This document shows positions 1-10,902 of a stretch of 64,000 nt of DNA, in pieces. The translations under genes were made by a program, and so were the position numbers. Location: positions 22,074,001 through 22,138,000 of the forward strand of contig NC_086109.1 of NCBI RefSeq assembly GCF_963921235.1, read 5' to 3'. The stretch is from Mobula hypostoma (lineage: Eukaryota). The notes beneath the pieces are model-generated. The model saw only the letters and a list, made by a program, of their open reading frames with translations. It ran no database searches and was not told the origin of the DNA. Position 1 is the stretch's first letter, and each line of letters opens with the position of its first letter.

Positions 1-7
1 ATTATAA

Positions 8-309
8 CAGTGGTCCCCAACCTCCAGGCCGCGAAAATGCAGCGGTAGCCAGAACACACCCAGCACATCTTTGAGAAAAAAGCCAAAATAAACAAGCTAA
101 TTGATTAGGTGCCGCCCAGCACGTAAATATCAGCCCAGATCAGAGGCGAGGCGACGCAATCGGCAATCGCCTCTGATCTGGGCCGACATTTACGTGCCGG
201 GTGGCACCTAATTAATTAGCTTGTTTATTTCGGCTTTTTTCTTAAAGATGTGCTGGCTGCGTTCCGGCCACCGCTGTATTCTTCGCGGCCCGGAGGTTGG
301 GGACCACTG
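8..309. mobile_element. Palindromic hAT (Charlie-type) MITE
   Basis: Begins CAGTGGTCCCCAACCTCC and ends GGAGGTTGGGGACCACTG, and the whole element is an imperfect palindrome. Flanks (n)ATTATAA / AACTATAA fit an 8-bp TSD with one mismatch. Confidence 0.85.
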
Positions 310-946
310 AACTATAAGTCACTTATAATTCAATAGCATCATAATATTTTAAGTAACGTTTGGATATTAAACACACAGCACATATTTTCCTCGTATGAAC
401 GTATAAAATCATTGCAACACACCAATATCGCTGAATCAGTGGGAGCCCTGGGCTTGTTTTCCCGTAACAACATGGTCCTATCGAGGGGTGATGGGAGACA
501 GCGATACTCGAAGGGGGTTCCTTATGTCCAGTCTACTCCGCAATTTTGTTTTCGTTGCATTCATTGCAGAAAACTCTGCTTCACAGAAATATGTTGGAAA
601 TGGAAGCAATGTTTTCAGTGCTTTCGTGGCTATCTCAGGGTATTCAGCCTTGACTTTGATCCAGAATGCCGGCAGAGGTGTTATGTCAAACATACTTTTC
701 AGCCCGCCGTCATTTGCAAGCTCGAGGAGTTGATCTTTTTCCCGCGCTGACATGGATGATTCACTGGGGACATTCACAAATGAGTCACGGACCCATTCCT
801 TTGCACGTCTTGGGTCACTGATGACCTCGCGTGCGTTAAAATTCAACAGTGCGTGACAGGGAATGAGGAAAGGCGCAGCTGACTCATATCATTTCATGTC
901 GCCAAATCACATTGTTTCCTCGCGGCCCGGTGGTTGGGGACCACTC
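310..946 (-). mobile_element. hAT-Charlie transposon remnant with transposase C-terminal dimerisation region
   Basis: ORF 478-846(-) contains FWIKVKAEYPEIATKALKTLLPFPTYFCEAEFSAM..KTKLRSRLD, typical of the Charlie/Buster hAT C-terminus. TIR GGTTGGGGACCACT at about 932-945 matches the MITE TIR. Confidence 0.85.
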
Positions 947-1100
947 TTAGCACGAAGAGAGACCAATCAGGATGCTCGCTCTCCCTCTCTTTCTCAAAAA
1001 AAATCTAATTCTGGGATATTGTATATAATTTCCGGGCATCAGGGAGCCACTATCGATATGCGGGAGACTCCCGGAACTTCCGGGAGAGGTGGGATGTCTG
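947..1100. mobile_element. Probable terminus of another hAT-like DNA element
   Basis: Ends CGGGAGACTCCCGGAACTTCCGGGAGAGGTGGGATGTCTG, with short subterminal palindromes and a ..CTG end typical of hAT termini. The partner end is not in the window. Confidence 0.4.
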
Positions 1101-1594
1101 ACATGTACTTCACTTGGAAACCAAAAACCTGCAGATGCTGGGAATCTAAAGAGTAAACAGATAATGCTGGAAATGTTCAGCAGGTCGGGCAGTATCAATT
1201 GTTAGAGAGCCTCTTCCCAACTGGTTCTCTCATCTTTCCAGTCCTGATTAAAGCTCTTCAATTTAACACGTTATGTGGGTTAAACCTGCAGTTGTGTGCA
1301 GCAGTACGAGCTCACAAGGCCACTGCAGAGGCCAGTTAGGACTCGCTGAATGAGATTATTAGGGTTTAAGGTTCAAAACCCAATGAAGAAGATATAAAAA
1401 TACTAGAAGTGCTCAACAGTTCAGATGGAAGGAAGAGAGTGGCAGTAAAGCATAATTTATGGTAATTTAGTTGTGAAAAAATTTTCCTGGCTCAGAGAAT
1501 TGAAGCATGTGGACTAAATGAAGCAGATGTACAGCTTAAATTGGTATCATAGTCAGCACTAATATGATGGGCTGAAGGGCCTATGCTGAACTGT

Positions 1595-2244
1595 GATTAG
1601 ATTAGATTATGAGGACACTCAGTTTATTGTCATTTAGAAATGCATGCATTAAAAAATGATACAATGTTCCTCCAGAAAGATAACACAGAAACACAGGACA
1701 AACCAAGACTAAAACTGACAAAACCACATAATTATAACATATAGTTGCAACAGTGCAAAGCAATACCGCAATTTGATAAAGAACAGACCATGGGCACGGT
1801 AAAAAAAAGTCTCAAATCCCGATAGCCCCGTCATCTCACGCAGACGGTAGAAGGGAGAAACCCTCCCTGCCATGAACTCCAAGCGCTGCAAACTTGCCAA
1901 TGCATTGGAAGCACCCGACAACAGCGGACTCTGAGTCCGTCCGAAAACTTCGAGCCTCCGACACCGAGCACCGAGCACCATCTCTGCCGAGCGCTTCGAC
2001 CCCGCCCTGGCCGCCGAGCAACAAGCAAAGTCGAGGACTCGGGGCCTTCCCCTCCGGAGATTCTTGATCACACAATAGCAGCAGCAGCGAAGCAGGCAGT
2101 TCAGAAGTTTCACAGATGGTCCTCCATTCTCTCAGGTCTGTCTCCATCAAATCAGGATTGTGCACGGCACCCTACTTGACATATAACAGACATTACCACC
2201 GGAGTGGCTGCTGCGAGCTGCGTCGCGCCGCCATCTTCTCTTCC
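1595..2244 (-). mobile_element. Non-autonomous retroelement with (AATCT)n tail, inserted in a CR1 3' end
   Basis: GATTAGATTAGATT tail at 1595 and a CpG-rich body whose 5' end is AAGATGGCGGCG on the minus strand. It splits a CR1 tail (GGGCTGAAGGGCC... | ...ATGTTCCATGTTCTA). Confidence 0.5.
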
Positions 2245-3859
2245 CACCGTAATGTTCCATGTTCTAAGAATAGATGGTATGGGTGCAGGTCGGAGATGAG
2301 ATAAGCAGCCAGTGGAAGTTGTTTATAGGCTGCTTCACAGTAACCGCATAGCTGGAGACAATATTAATTCTAAAATAAAGCCTATAGCAAAGCTCATACA
2401 AAAGGAAATTCAATGCAGGCTATCTAAAATTAATTGAAGACAAATTTATAGAATGCATTAAGCTTGATTTCCTGAAACAATACATAATGAAACCAATGAG
2501 AAACAATTTGCTGGTGCTTCTAGCAGATTGTGTGTTGCTCTTGATTCCAGCATCTGCAGTCTCCCGTGTAATGGTAAGGTATTAATTAGCAATCTCATAG
2601 GATTTCTTCAGGAAAAAGAATTACAACAAAGTGACACATTTTCTAAAATGTCAAAAACAGCTGCTAAAATAGATATTTCTGAAAACACTTAGAAGAGAAA
2701 TAGGTTTGAAGTTTCAGATTGTAGACACCTCATCAGAACCGAAAAAGTGAGACAACATGTTATTTTAAAGTATTGGACAGGTTGAAGGAAAGGTGGGTAG
2801 GACAAAGGGAATATCTTGTGCTAGTGAAATTGTTGAATTCAGTATTGAGTTCCAAAAGCTGTAACGTGCCCACACAGCAGATAAGATGCAGTTGCTCAAA
2901 CTAACATGGGGCATCATTGAAATAATACAGGACACCGCAGACAGATAGGGCAAAGTTGCCTTATCAATGGTTCAATGGTTCCATTTAACAACAGAGAGTG
3001 TATGCAACTTGAAATTTTTACTCTTCGCAGACATCGACAAAACAGAAGAAAAGCCACAAGGAATGATTGACAGAAAAATGTTAGAACACCACAGCCCCCT
3101 CATAAGCAGCAGCAAAGCATCAAATCTCTTCCTCCGGTCCCTGCCCCGACTTGTTCCAGCAGGAAGCATCAACGCTCACCACCCACCAACCAAGCAGTAG
3201 CAAAGCCCCCAGTGAGCCATTGATCTGCAGTCCAATAAAAACAGTATGTGAGCTGATCATTCACACTGGATTTTTTTAACTGCTTGCAAATAAATAACAC
3301 TTAATATTTAGAAAATGTCAGAGTCTTTAACCAATTCGTTTCATTTGTTTGAAATGAACTACAAGGAAGACCCGATTATTTAAGAGGTATGGATACTTTG
3401 GATTTTAGAAAGTGAATGTTTTGTTATGACTATAAACCAGAGGACCGGGAGAGCTTTACAAATCAGCAAAAGATGGCAAAACAAAAAATGGCAGGGACAC
3501 AGGGAAGCACACATGAATACATTCTGGAAATTGAAAATGGAATGATGGTGAAAATAATCAATACTATTCGAGGCACAGTAAAGGGAACTAATAAGCTACA
3601 TCATCTCTGGATAGATGACCTATTCCCTGTGTTTTAAAAGAGGTGCTTACAGAGATAGTGGACCTATTAGTGGTACTCTTGCCAAGTTCTCTGGATTCTG
3701 AATGGTTACAGTGGATTTAAAGTTAGCAAATATTCCTTATCAACTGCATTCACATACCCCAAATTAGGGGGAAGGTTTGTTAGCCAGGGGCATGGCTTCA
3801 CAGTTGTCAAAGGCCCTTTCGGAGAAATCAGCCACTCACGTTAGAATAGACCCAGGGAC

Positions 3860-4930
3860 TCAGCAAAAGATTTGGAGACAGAAAACCAAGTAAGCTATTT
3901 TCACTTGTAGTTGCACTCTTGCATGAGCACAGATCTGTATGTGTGGATGTGAGTGAGCTCTGGATCAGGATGAGGCAGAACTGGGTGACATTTGCGTCAC
4001 AGCTTAAAAAAGGATGTCTGTGTCTCAGAACTTCACAACTCCAGTGACCCAGGTTTCATCCTAAACTCAGTGATGCTTATGTTTACCACCAATTAAAACT
4101 CAGGATAAAGGAGTCTTGGGAAAATTCTCCCACACAGTGCTGGAGCAGCTCAACAAATCAGGCATCATATATGGAGCAGAAAAAAACAGTCAACATTTCA
4201 GGCCGAGAAGCTTCATCAGGTCTGACGAAATCCTGAGGAAGGGCCTTAGCCTGAAACATAAATATGAGGACCCAGAATCCCACCTGGGGTCACAGTGAAA
4301 GAATAATGTGATCCTACGCACAGACAAACAGCATCTCAGGCAGTGTACAATAGGTACCCCTGTGGGCAGTGTGTTTTCTGTCAATTACCTCATTCAACAG
4401 CGGGTGGCGCTATAGAGTCACCAGTGGCAAACACAGAACTTTCCCAAATCGGAAACACAAGCAATTCTGCAGACGCTGGAACACACACAAAATGCAAAGG
4501 AACTCAGCAAGCCGGGCAGCATCTATGGTGGGGAGTAAACAGTCCATGTTTCAGGCTGAGAACCTTCACTCCTGATGAAGGAACTCCGCCCCAATCCTCT
4601 CTTGTTTTCCCCCTCCACTGACGCTGCCTGTCTTGCTGATTTCCTCCAGCACTTTGTGTGACAGCTTGCCCAAGTCTCCTTTATCCTGGGTTTCAATTGA
4701 TGGTACATGTAAGCATTGCTGAGGTGAGGATGAAACCTGGGCCACTGGAGGTGTGAAGTTCTGAGACACTGATATCCGTTTTTAAGCTGTGAGGTAAACG
4801 TCATCCAGCTCTGGCTCATCCTGATCCACAGCTCACTCACAACCACACGTACATGCCTGTGCTCATACAAGAGTGTAATTACGAATGAAAGCAGCTTACA
4901 TGGCTTTCTGCTTCCGGATCCTTGCCAAAC
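3860..4930. repeat. Old inverted repeat, arms about 3860-4220 and 4570-4930
   Basis: GTGAGTGAGCTCTGGATCAGGATGAG and GTGTCTCAGAACTTCACAACTCCAGTGACCCAGGTTTCATCCT in the left arm have diverged reverse complements in the right arm. Confidence 0.85.
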
Positions 4931-5809
4931 CATAGTCATACAGCACTACGGCACAGAAACAGGGAGTTCGGCCCATCTAGTCTATGCCTGAGGGTCGATT
5001 AGCAGTCAGGAAGTCAAAGCCTGAAGGGTGAAGACTGGAGACTAGAGGCCTCTCCTCGGGTTGGAGGACGGTCCATGTGTATGGATAGGGGAGGGAGGGA
5101 GGAAAGGGGCTTATTTTGCTGTTGGTGTTTTGTTGCTTGTTGTGTTCTGTGTTGTTCTGCCGAGTATTGTGGGCATGCTATGTTGGCGCTGACATGTGTG
5201 GCAACTCTTGTGGGCTGCCCCCAGCACATCCTTAGGCTGAGTTGGTTGTAACAACAAAGAACGCTCTAGCTTGATTGCATGATTGGGTGAGGGAGATGAG
5301 TTCAGCAGTGGTGGTCATGCCCATTTCTTCTACCGGTGCCAACCAGGATCCAATGGATGCCCACTTCTGAGCTGCCAGATCTCTCGTGTTTTACCCATGA
5401 CTGCAGAGCCACACAACATGATGAGGTGTTTCCTCAGTGCGAGAGTGGGCGTTCAGTTCCAGAAGAACTGTGTAATTGTTACTTCTACCAGTCTTATCAG
5501 GTACAGTTTCATTTGTAAGAGTAGATTTGAACAAATTAGGTTGAGTGGGTTTATCCCTTGTGTTGCTTGCTTCATTCAGCAGCTGCCAAGGATCAGACTG
5601 TGACCGTGTCCTGAATGATTCAGCAGGGTCAGTCAGTGGAGGTGATGGACATTAAAGTCCCCAACCAAAGATTCTTCAGTGTGGTTATTACTACCAGTGC
5701 TTCTTTCAAGTGCTTTTCAACATTGAGTCAAAGGACTCATCAGCCGATGGAGGAAGGTGGGTGGTAACTGGGGTGAGGTGCTGTCTATTACAAACACCCA
5801 CGGGAGGAG

Positions 5810-6240
5810 GCAGTGTGGTAGAGAACAGAGGCACAGCAAGTGCGCTGGAAGTATCATCCATGCTGGGTTGGGGGCTGCCTGCGCCCATTGGTGCTGCCCT
5901 CCAGTGTTCGCTCATTGCCTGTGGCTGGCCCAGCGCGAGACAAGCTGATTTACCTTCATCTGCTGAACCAGCGCCAGATGAGGAACTGCTGCACACTTGT
6001 TCTTGCGGAAACGTGGCTCCAGGGCAACATCCATGCACCATCGATCTTCGGGCCATGCCACGCAGGTTCTTGAGCTAATATTATTTTTTGTGATTGTGTG
6101 TGCTATCGTAACTATACGTGTTGTGTAGTGTGTGCGTACTGTGTTTTGCACCTTGGCCCCAGAGGAATAATGTTTTAGTTTAGCTGTATACATGTGTATG
6201 GTATGGTTGAATGACAATTAAACTTGAACTTGAAATTGAG
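5810..6240 (+). mobile_element. Internally deleted Rex1/Babar-like LINE (APE N-terminus joined to 3' tail)
   Basis: ORF 5840-6073 LPSSVRSL..DKLIYLHLLNQRQMRNCCTLVLAETWL resembles the Rex1 endonuclease N-terminus (NVRSL...ETWL). (ACTTGA)n tail at about 6220-6240. Confidence 0.65.
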
Positions 6241-7233
6241 GTTTCCTTGCCCAGGTTCAGTCTGCTTGAGGGCTGGAGTCACTAATCCTCACCACGGCTC
6301 CACGTGGCCCTCACCATTGCCCAGCCCCAGCCTCACCAGTTCAATGGTCACACTGCTGGTGTCGAAGATGCCCCATCTCCTGTGGAGCAACTTCGGCTGG
6401 GAGAGTGGCCCAATCGAGCCCTCTGGCAATCAAATTAAACAAAAATGCAGAGTTAAAAGACCTGATTTTATTTCAAGTGTGTTTAGAACCCCATTACAGT
6501 TAATTATAAGCCACATGTAGAGAAAGAGTGTGGTGTGCTGTGTTAACGGACTTCTTGTAGCTCCTATGACAATTGTGTGCTGCCCTTGGACAACCCTCCA
6601 ATTTGTCTTGTTTATTCCTGATCCCAGCCCTGGGCTGAGCTAATTATAAAGCTGTACCACTATCATTTTCCGTTGGGAATCTCTGTAAACACTCTGCAAG
6701 TCACTGGTCCCATTCTGTCTTTCTCTGTGGCCCAAAAAGCAGATACTCTCAATTTACTGAAATCTTTCCACCTCTCTCTCCTACCTCAGTCAAATCCAGC
6801 TGAAAGTCAGTCACCACCAATGGAATTGTCTAAATGTTAAGACCATAAGACAAAGGAGCAGAATTAGGCCATTCAGCCCATCGAGTCTGCTCTGCCATTT
6901 GATCATGGTGTATTTATTATATCTTTCAACCACTTTCTCCTGCCTTCTCCCCGTAACCTTAAGGAAGTCGCAGCCTGAAGCATCGACTGTATTCCTTTCC
7001 ATAGATGCTGCCTGGCCTGCTGAGTTCCTCCAGCACTGCTGCTTGGATTTCCAGCATCTGAGATTTTCTCTTGTTTGTGATTGGATCATTAATGGAATGG
7101 ACGTTTTGGACGGTCAGTCTGCCTTTGGTAGTTAACACCTAGGCCAGTATCATTTCAGGTTGCATCAGCACAATTGCAATGAAATTGAACATTACAACAA
7201 TACAGTCCCAAAAAGTCGAGGAAGTTATACACA

Positions 7234-7804
7234 CAGAACTGTGCAAAAGTCTTAGGCACAAATAGAGGTTAGTTGGTTATTGTAAATTTTCCTGTGATTA
7301 GCAAGGGTGCCTAAGACTTTTGCACAGCACTGTATTTATAGAATAGAGAGCGAGTTTGTAAATCTGGCGGGAGCAAAGGATGTTGGGAATGGTGAGGGTG
7401 GAGCTCCGCGGGAGGGGTGTGGGACAGGTGGCAGAGAAGGATTGCCAGGGGGTGGAGAGGGGTGGGGTGGCGCAGGTGTAGACACACCCAGCCCTGAGAC
7501 ACCAGGCAAGGTCATCAGATTCAAAACAATTAGCTTATTGATCATTATAGAATGTCTCTCTGGTGCTTTCCACACCCACCCCCTCCCGTTCTCCTTTTCA
7601 CTTCCCCTTTTCCCAACCATGATTCCACTCTCCCTATCCCGTCCCCACTCTCAGTCCACAATAGAGACCCTCATCGGAATTAGCAGGTCAGGCAGCGCAT
7701 ATGTCATGATTTTTTATTTGTGGCAACGGTACAATACAATACATAAAGCTACTATATATATATATATATCTCTAATGTGCCTAAGACTTTTGCACAGTAC
7801 TGTA
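7234..7804. mobile_element. Tc1/mariner-type non-autonomous element
   Basis: TIR CAGAACTGTGCAAAAGTCTTAGGCAC (7234-7259) has inverted copies at 7307-7332 and 7777-7802, each followed by TA. Confidence 0.7.
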
Positions 7805-7939
7805 TGTGTGTCACTGTCTCCTTCCCACCTCCCACCAAACCACTTCTGAGTTTACTCCATCTTATACACAAGTTCATTATCTTATACAACTGCCCCTTCC
7901 TCTAGAGTGACATTGTGAGGGTCTGATAATCTGGGAAAG

Positions 7940-8300
7940 ACCATAAGACATAGGAGCAGAATTAGGCCACTCAGCCCATCGAGTCTGCTGTGCCATTTGA
8001 ATATGGTTGATTTATTTTGCCTCTCAACCATAAAGCCGTAAGATATAGGAGCAGAATTAGGCCATTTGGCCCATCGAGTCTGCTCTACCATTTCATCATG
8101 GCCGATCCATTTTTCCTCTCAGTCCCAATCTCCTGCTTTTTCTCCGCATCTCTTCATGCCCTGACCAATTGAGAGTCTATTAACCTCTGCCTTGAATATA
8201 CATAAAGACTTGGCTTCCACAGCTGCCTGTGGCAAAGAATTCCACAGATTCACCACTCTCTGGCTAAAGAAATTCCTCCTCATCTCTGTTCTAAAAGGAC
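7940..8300 (-). mobile_element. Two tandem CR1 3' ends
   Basis: CATAAGACATAGGAGCAGAATTAGGCC tail at about 7942, repeated in diverged form at about 8035, followed by the CR1 ORF2 end (reverse complement of RVVNLWNSLP). Similar fragment at 6835-6960. Confidence 0.75.
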
Positions 8301-8894
8301 TCCGCTTCTGCCTTGAGATTTCACTTAATTCTAGGGTGAACAGTTATTACCAGGCACACTTCATAGGGTTTTTCAATATCTGAAGGCACATAATTTAATA
8401 CAAAACTGGCCGTTGTAAATCAGTGAAGCTATTAAGTAGCACCATATGGCTTTTAAAGTCATTTTTATTGATTATAAGGCAAGTTGCTTACAGGCAGAAA
8501 GTGGCCACATATATTAATATTCATTATCAATGCATTATTAATAAAAACATACTGCTTAACAGCATAAGAACATAAGATATTGAAGCAGCAGCCATTCAAC
8601 AAATTTTGATCTTCTACCTCAAGTACCAATTTCATGTGCTATTTCCCTAAGGGTGAAGCAGAAGTCTATTGTTCTCTGTTTTGAACACAGCTCATAACTA
8701 ACTCCAAGCAGCCTTCAGAGGTAAAGAATTCCAAAGGTCCTCAGTATGAAGAAATCTCTCTTCTTTTCCGACTTAATTGATCTCCCCTTTACTTTGAGAT
8801 TGTGATCCCTGGTTCTAAATCCCTCACCCAAGGCAAACATCAACCCTATTAAAACCCCCTAAGGATCAGAATCAGGTTTAATATCACTGACATA

Positions 8895-9459
8895 CACTCA
8901 ATGGCCACTTTGTTAGGTATTCTCCCGTACCTAATAAAGTGGGCACTGAGTGTATTTATTGTACATTGATGTGGAGCATCGACTTCAAGGTCTGACATGT
9001 TGTGCATTCAGAGATGCTCTTCTGCACACCACTATTGTAACGCATGGTTATTTGAGTTCCTGTCACCTTCCTGTCAGCTTGAACCAGTCTGGCCATTCTC
9101 CTCTGACCTCTCTCATTAATAAGGCATTTTTGACCACAGAACTGACACTCACTGGATGTTTTTTGTTTCTCGTACCATTCTCTGTAAACTCTAGAGGCTG
9201 TTGTGCTTGAAAATACCAGGAGATCAGCAGTTTCTGAGATAATCAAACCACCCCAGCTGACACCAACAATCATTCCATGGTCAAAGTCACTTAGATCACA
9301 TTTCTTCCCCATTCTGATGTTTGGTCTGAACAACAACCGAACCTCTTGACCATGTCTGCATGCTCTTATGCATTGAGCTGCTGTCACATGATTGGCTGAT
9401 TAGCTATTTGCATTAACAAGCACATGTACAAGTATACTTAATAAAATGGCCTCTGAGTG
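8895..9459 (-). mobile_element. Tc1-like non-autonomous element retaining transposase N-terminal HTH
   Basis: TA-flanked TIRs CACTCAATGGCCACTTTGTTAGG / TAATAAAATGGCCTCTGAGTG. ORF 8956-9387 MGKKCDLSDFDHGMIVG...SETADLL.FS.TTASRVYREW is a Tc1 paired-like DNA-binding region. No DDE domain. Confidence 0.85.
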
Positions 9460-9750
9460 TATGTCACAAACCTTTTAATTACCTAATTTATCATTCGTCA
9501 CTCCGGAGAACAAAGGTCTAGTTTACTCAGTCTCTACTCATGACTAACCTGCCACCTCAAGAATCATTCTGGTGAATTCTTACTGCATTCTCTAAATAAT
9601 CTTTTTTTAGGTATGGAGATCAAAATTTAACACAACACTCTCAGTGTGGTGTCACCAAGATCCTATGTCATTGTAGTAAAGTTTAATCATTAAAGGGCAA
9701 AATGTTGGTGGAACTCAGCAGGCCAGGAAATACCAATGAAGAGGAATAAA

Positions 9751-9787
9751 CAGTCAATGTTTCAGGCCGAAACCCTTCATCAGGACT
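9751..9787 (-). ncRNA. Minimal hammerhead ribozyme motif in a PLE end
   Basis: Minus strand AGTC-CTGATGA-A-GGGT(TTCG)GCCT-GAAA-CA-TT-GACT. Helix I, core and helix II are intact; the helix III CpG has decayed. Confidence 0.6.
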
Positions 9788-9884
9788 CATGCAAAGGTTT
9801 TGGAAATAACTCAGAAAATGATGCCTCCTCGTATGGTGATAAAGCATTTGCAAATGGATTGCCAAGATCAGAGAACAACTCAAC

Positions 9885-10220
9885 CCAACCAGATTAGCTT
9901 TATTTGTCACATGAACACCAAAATATCAAAACATAATTTTGCATCAACGACCAACATAGACACTTGCTGGCTTCCCCCAAGAATGTTCTGGGGATGGCCT
10001 GCATGTGTCGCCTTGTTTCTGCACCAACATAGCATGTCCCCAGCTCACTTACTTAATTCCTACATCTTTGGGATGTAGGAGGAAAATGGACAACCCAGAG
10101 GAAACAGACACAGTCACTGGAAGAACACACATTTTTTTTACAGAGAGCAATAGGAATTGAACAACAATTGCTGGTGCTGTGAAGCATTATACTAGCTACT
10201 AAACTACTGTACCACCATCT
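9885..10220 (-). mobile_element. tRNA-derived V-SINE-like element (degenerate)
   Basis: Homologous to the copy at 18430-18752 (GGAGGAAA..GGA..ACCCAGAGGAAAC core). Confidence 0.6.
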
Positions 10221-10715
10221 TTGTTAGACTTCTTAGTAAGACCTCTTTGTTCTTCTACTGAAATCCTCTAGCAAAGTGCCAGCATATCATTTGCTTTTTT
10301 AATTGCCGACTGCACATCCATATCAGCTTTTAGTAGCTTGTGTACAAGGGCATGCTTTGAACTTCCAACATTTTCCAATATTTCACCTGTTTTTCTACCC
10401 AATGTGGGTCACATTTCTCCACAATTAATTCATTCTGATAAGTTGAGTCCACTCACTCTTCTTGTCCCAGAACCCTTTGAAGCGTCTTTTCATCCTCATC
10501 GCTCCTCACATCCCTACTCATCAAATATTGCTTTTTAAATGGTGCAATTAAAAATAGAAGCAATTAAGTTATATAATGCTACCTAATGAAGGCTTTTATC
10601 TTTGTGATTATATGAATAAATTTTATGGAGAGTTTGAATTGCTGTCAAACCTAAACAACCTCCTCTACTGCCACAATGAGGCCGCTCTCAGTTTGAAGGA
10701 GCAATATCTCATATT

Positions 10716-10872
10716 AGAAACATAGAAAAACCTACAGCACAATACAGGCCCTTTGGCCCACAAAGTTGTGCTGAATATGTCCCTATCTTAGAAAATACTA
10801 GGCTTACCCATAGCCCTGTATTTTTCTAAGCTCCATGTACCTATCCAAAAGTCTCTAAAAAGACCCTATCGT
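10716..10872 (-). mobile_element. CR1 3' fragment inserted into a PLE ORF remnant
   Basis: Tail AGAAACATAGAAAA..CCTACAGCACAATACAGGCC as at 41059. The flanks (10658-10715, 10871-10904) match the PLE C-terminus LLYC..EA.L.L.EQ.LIF..SLQPDG. TATT is duplicated. Confidence 0.7.
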
Positions 10873-10902
10873 ATTCTTTCTGGATAGCCTCCAACCTGAT
10901 GG

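Noticed and set aside
478..846. Host ZBED/SCAND3-like domesticated gene
   Set aside because: Only a C-terminal fragment next to a TIR; consistent with a transposon remnant.
4397..4412. CTCF-like site ACAGCGGGTGGCGCTA
   Set aside because: Two mismatches at strong consensus positions; could be chance in 64 kb.
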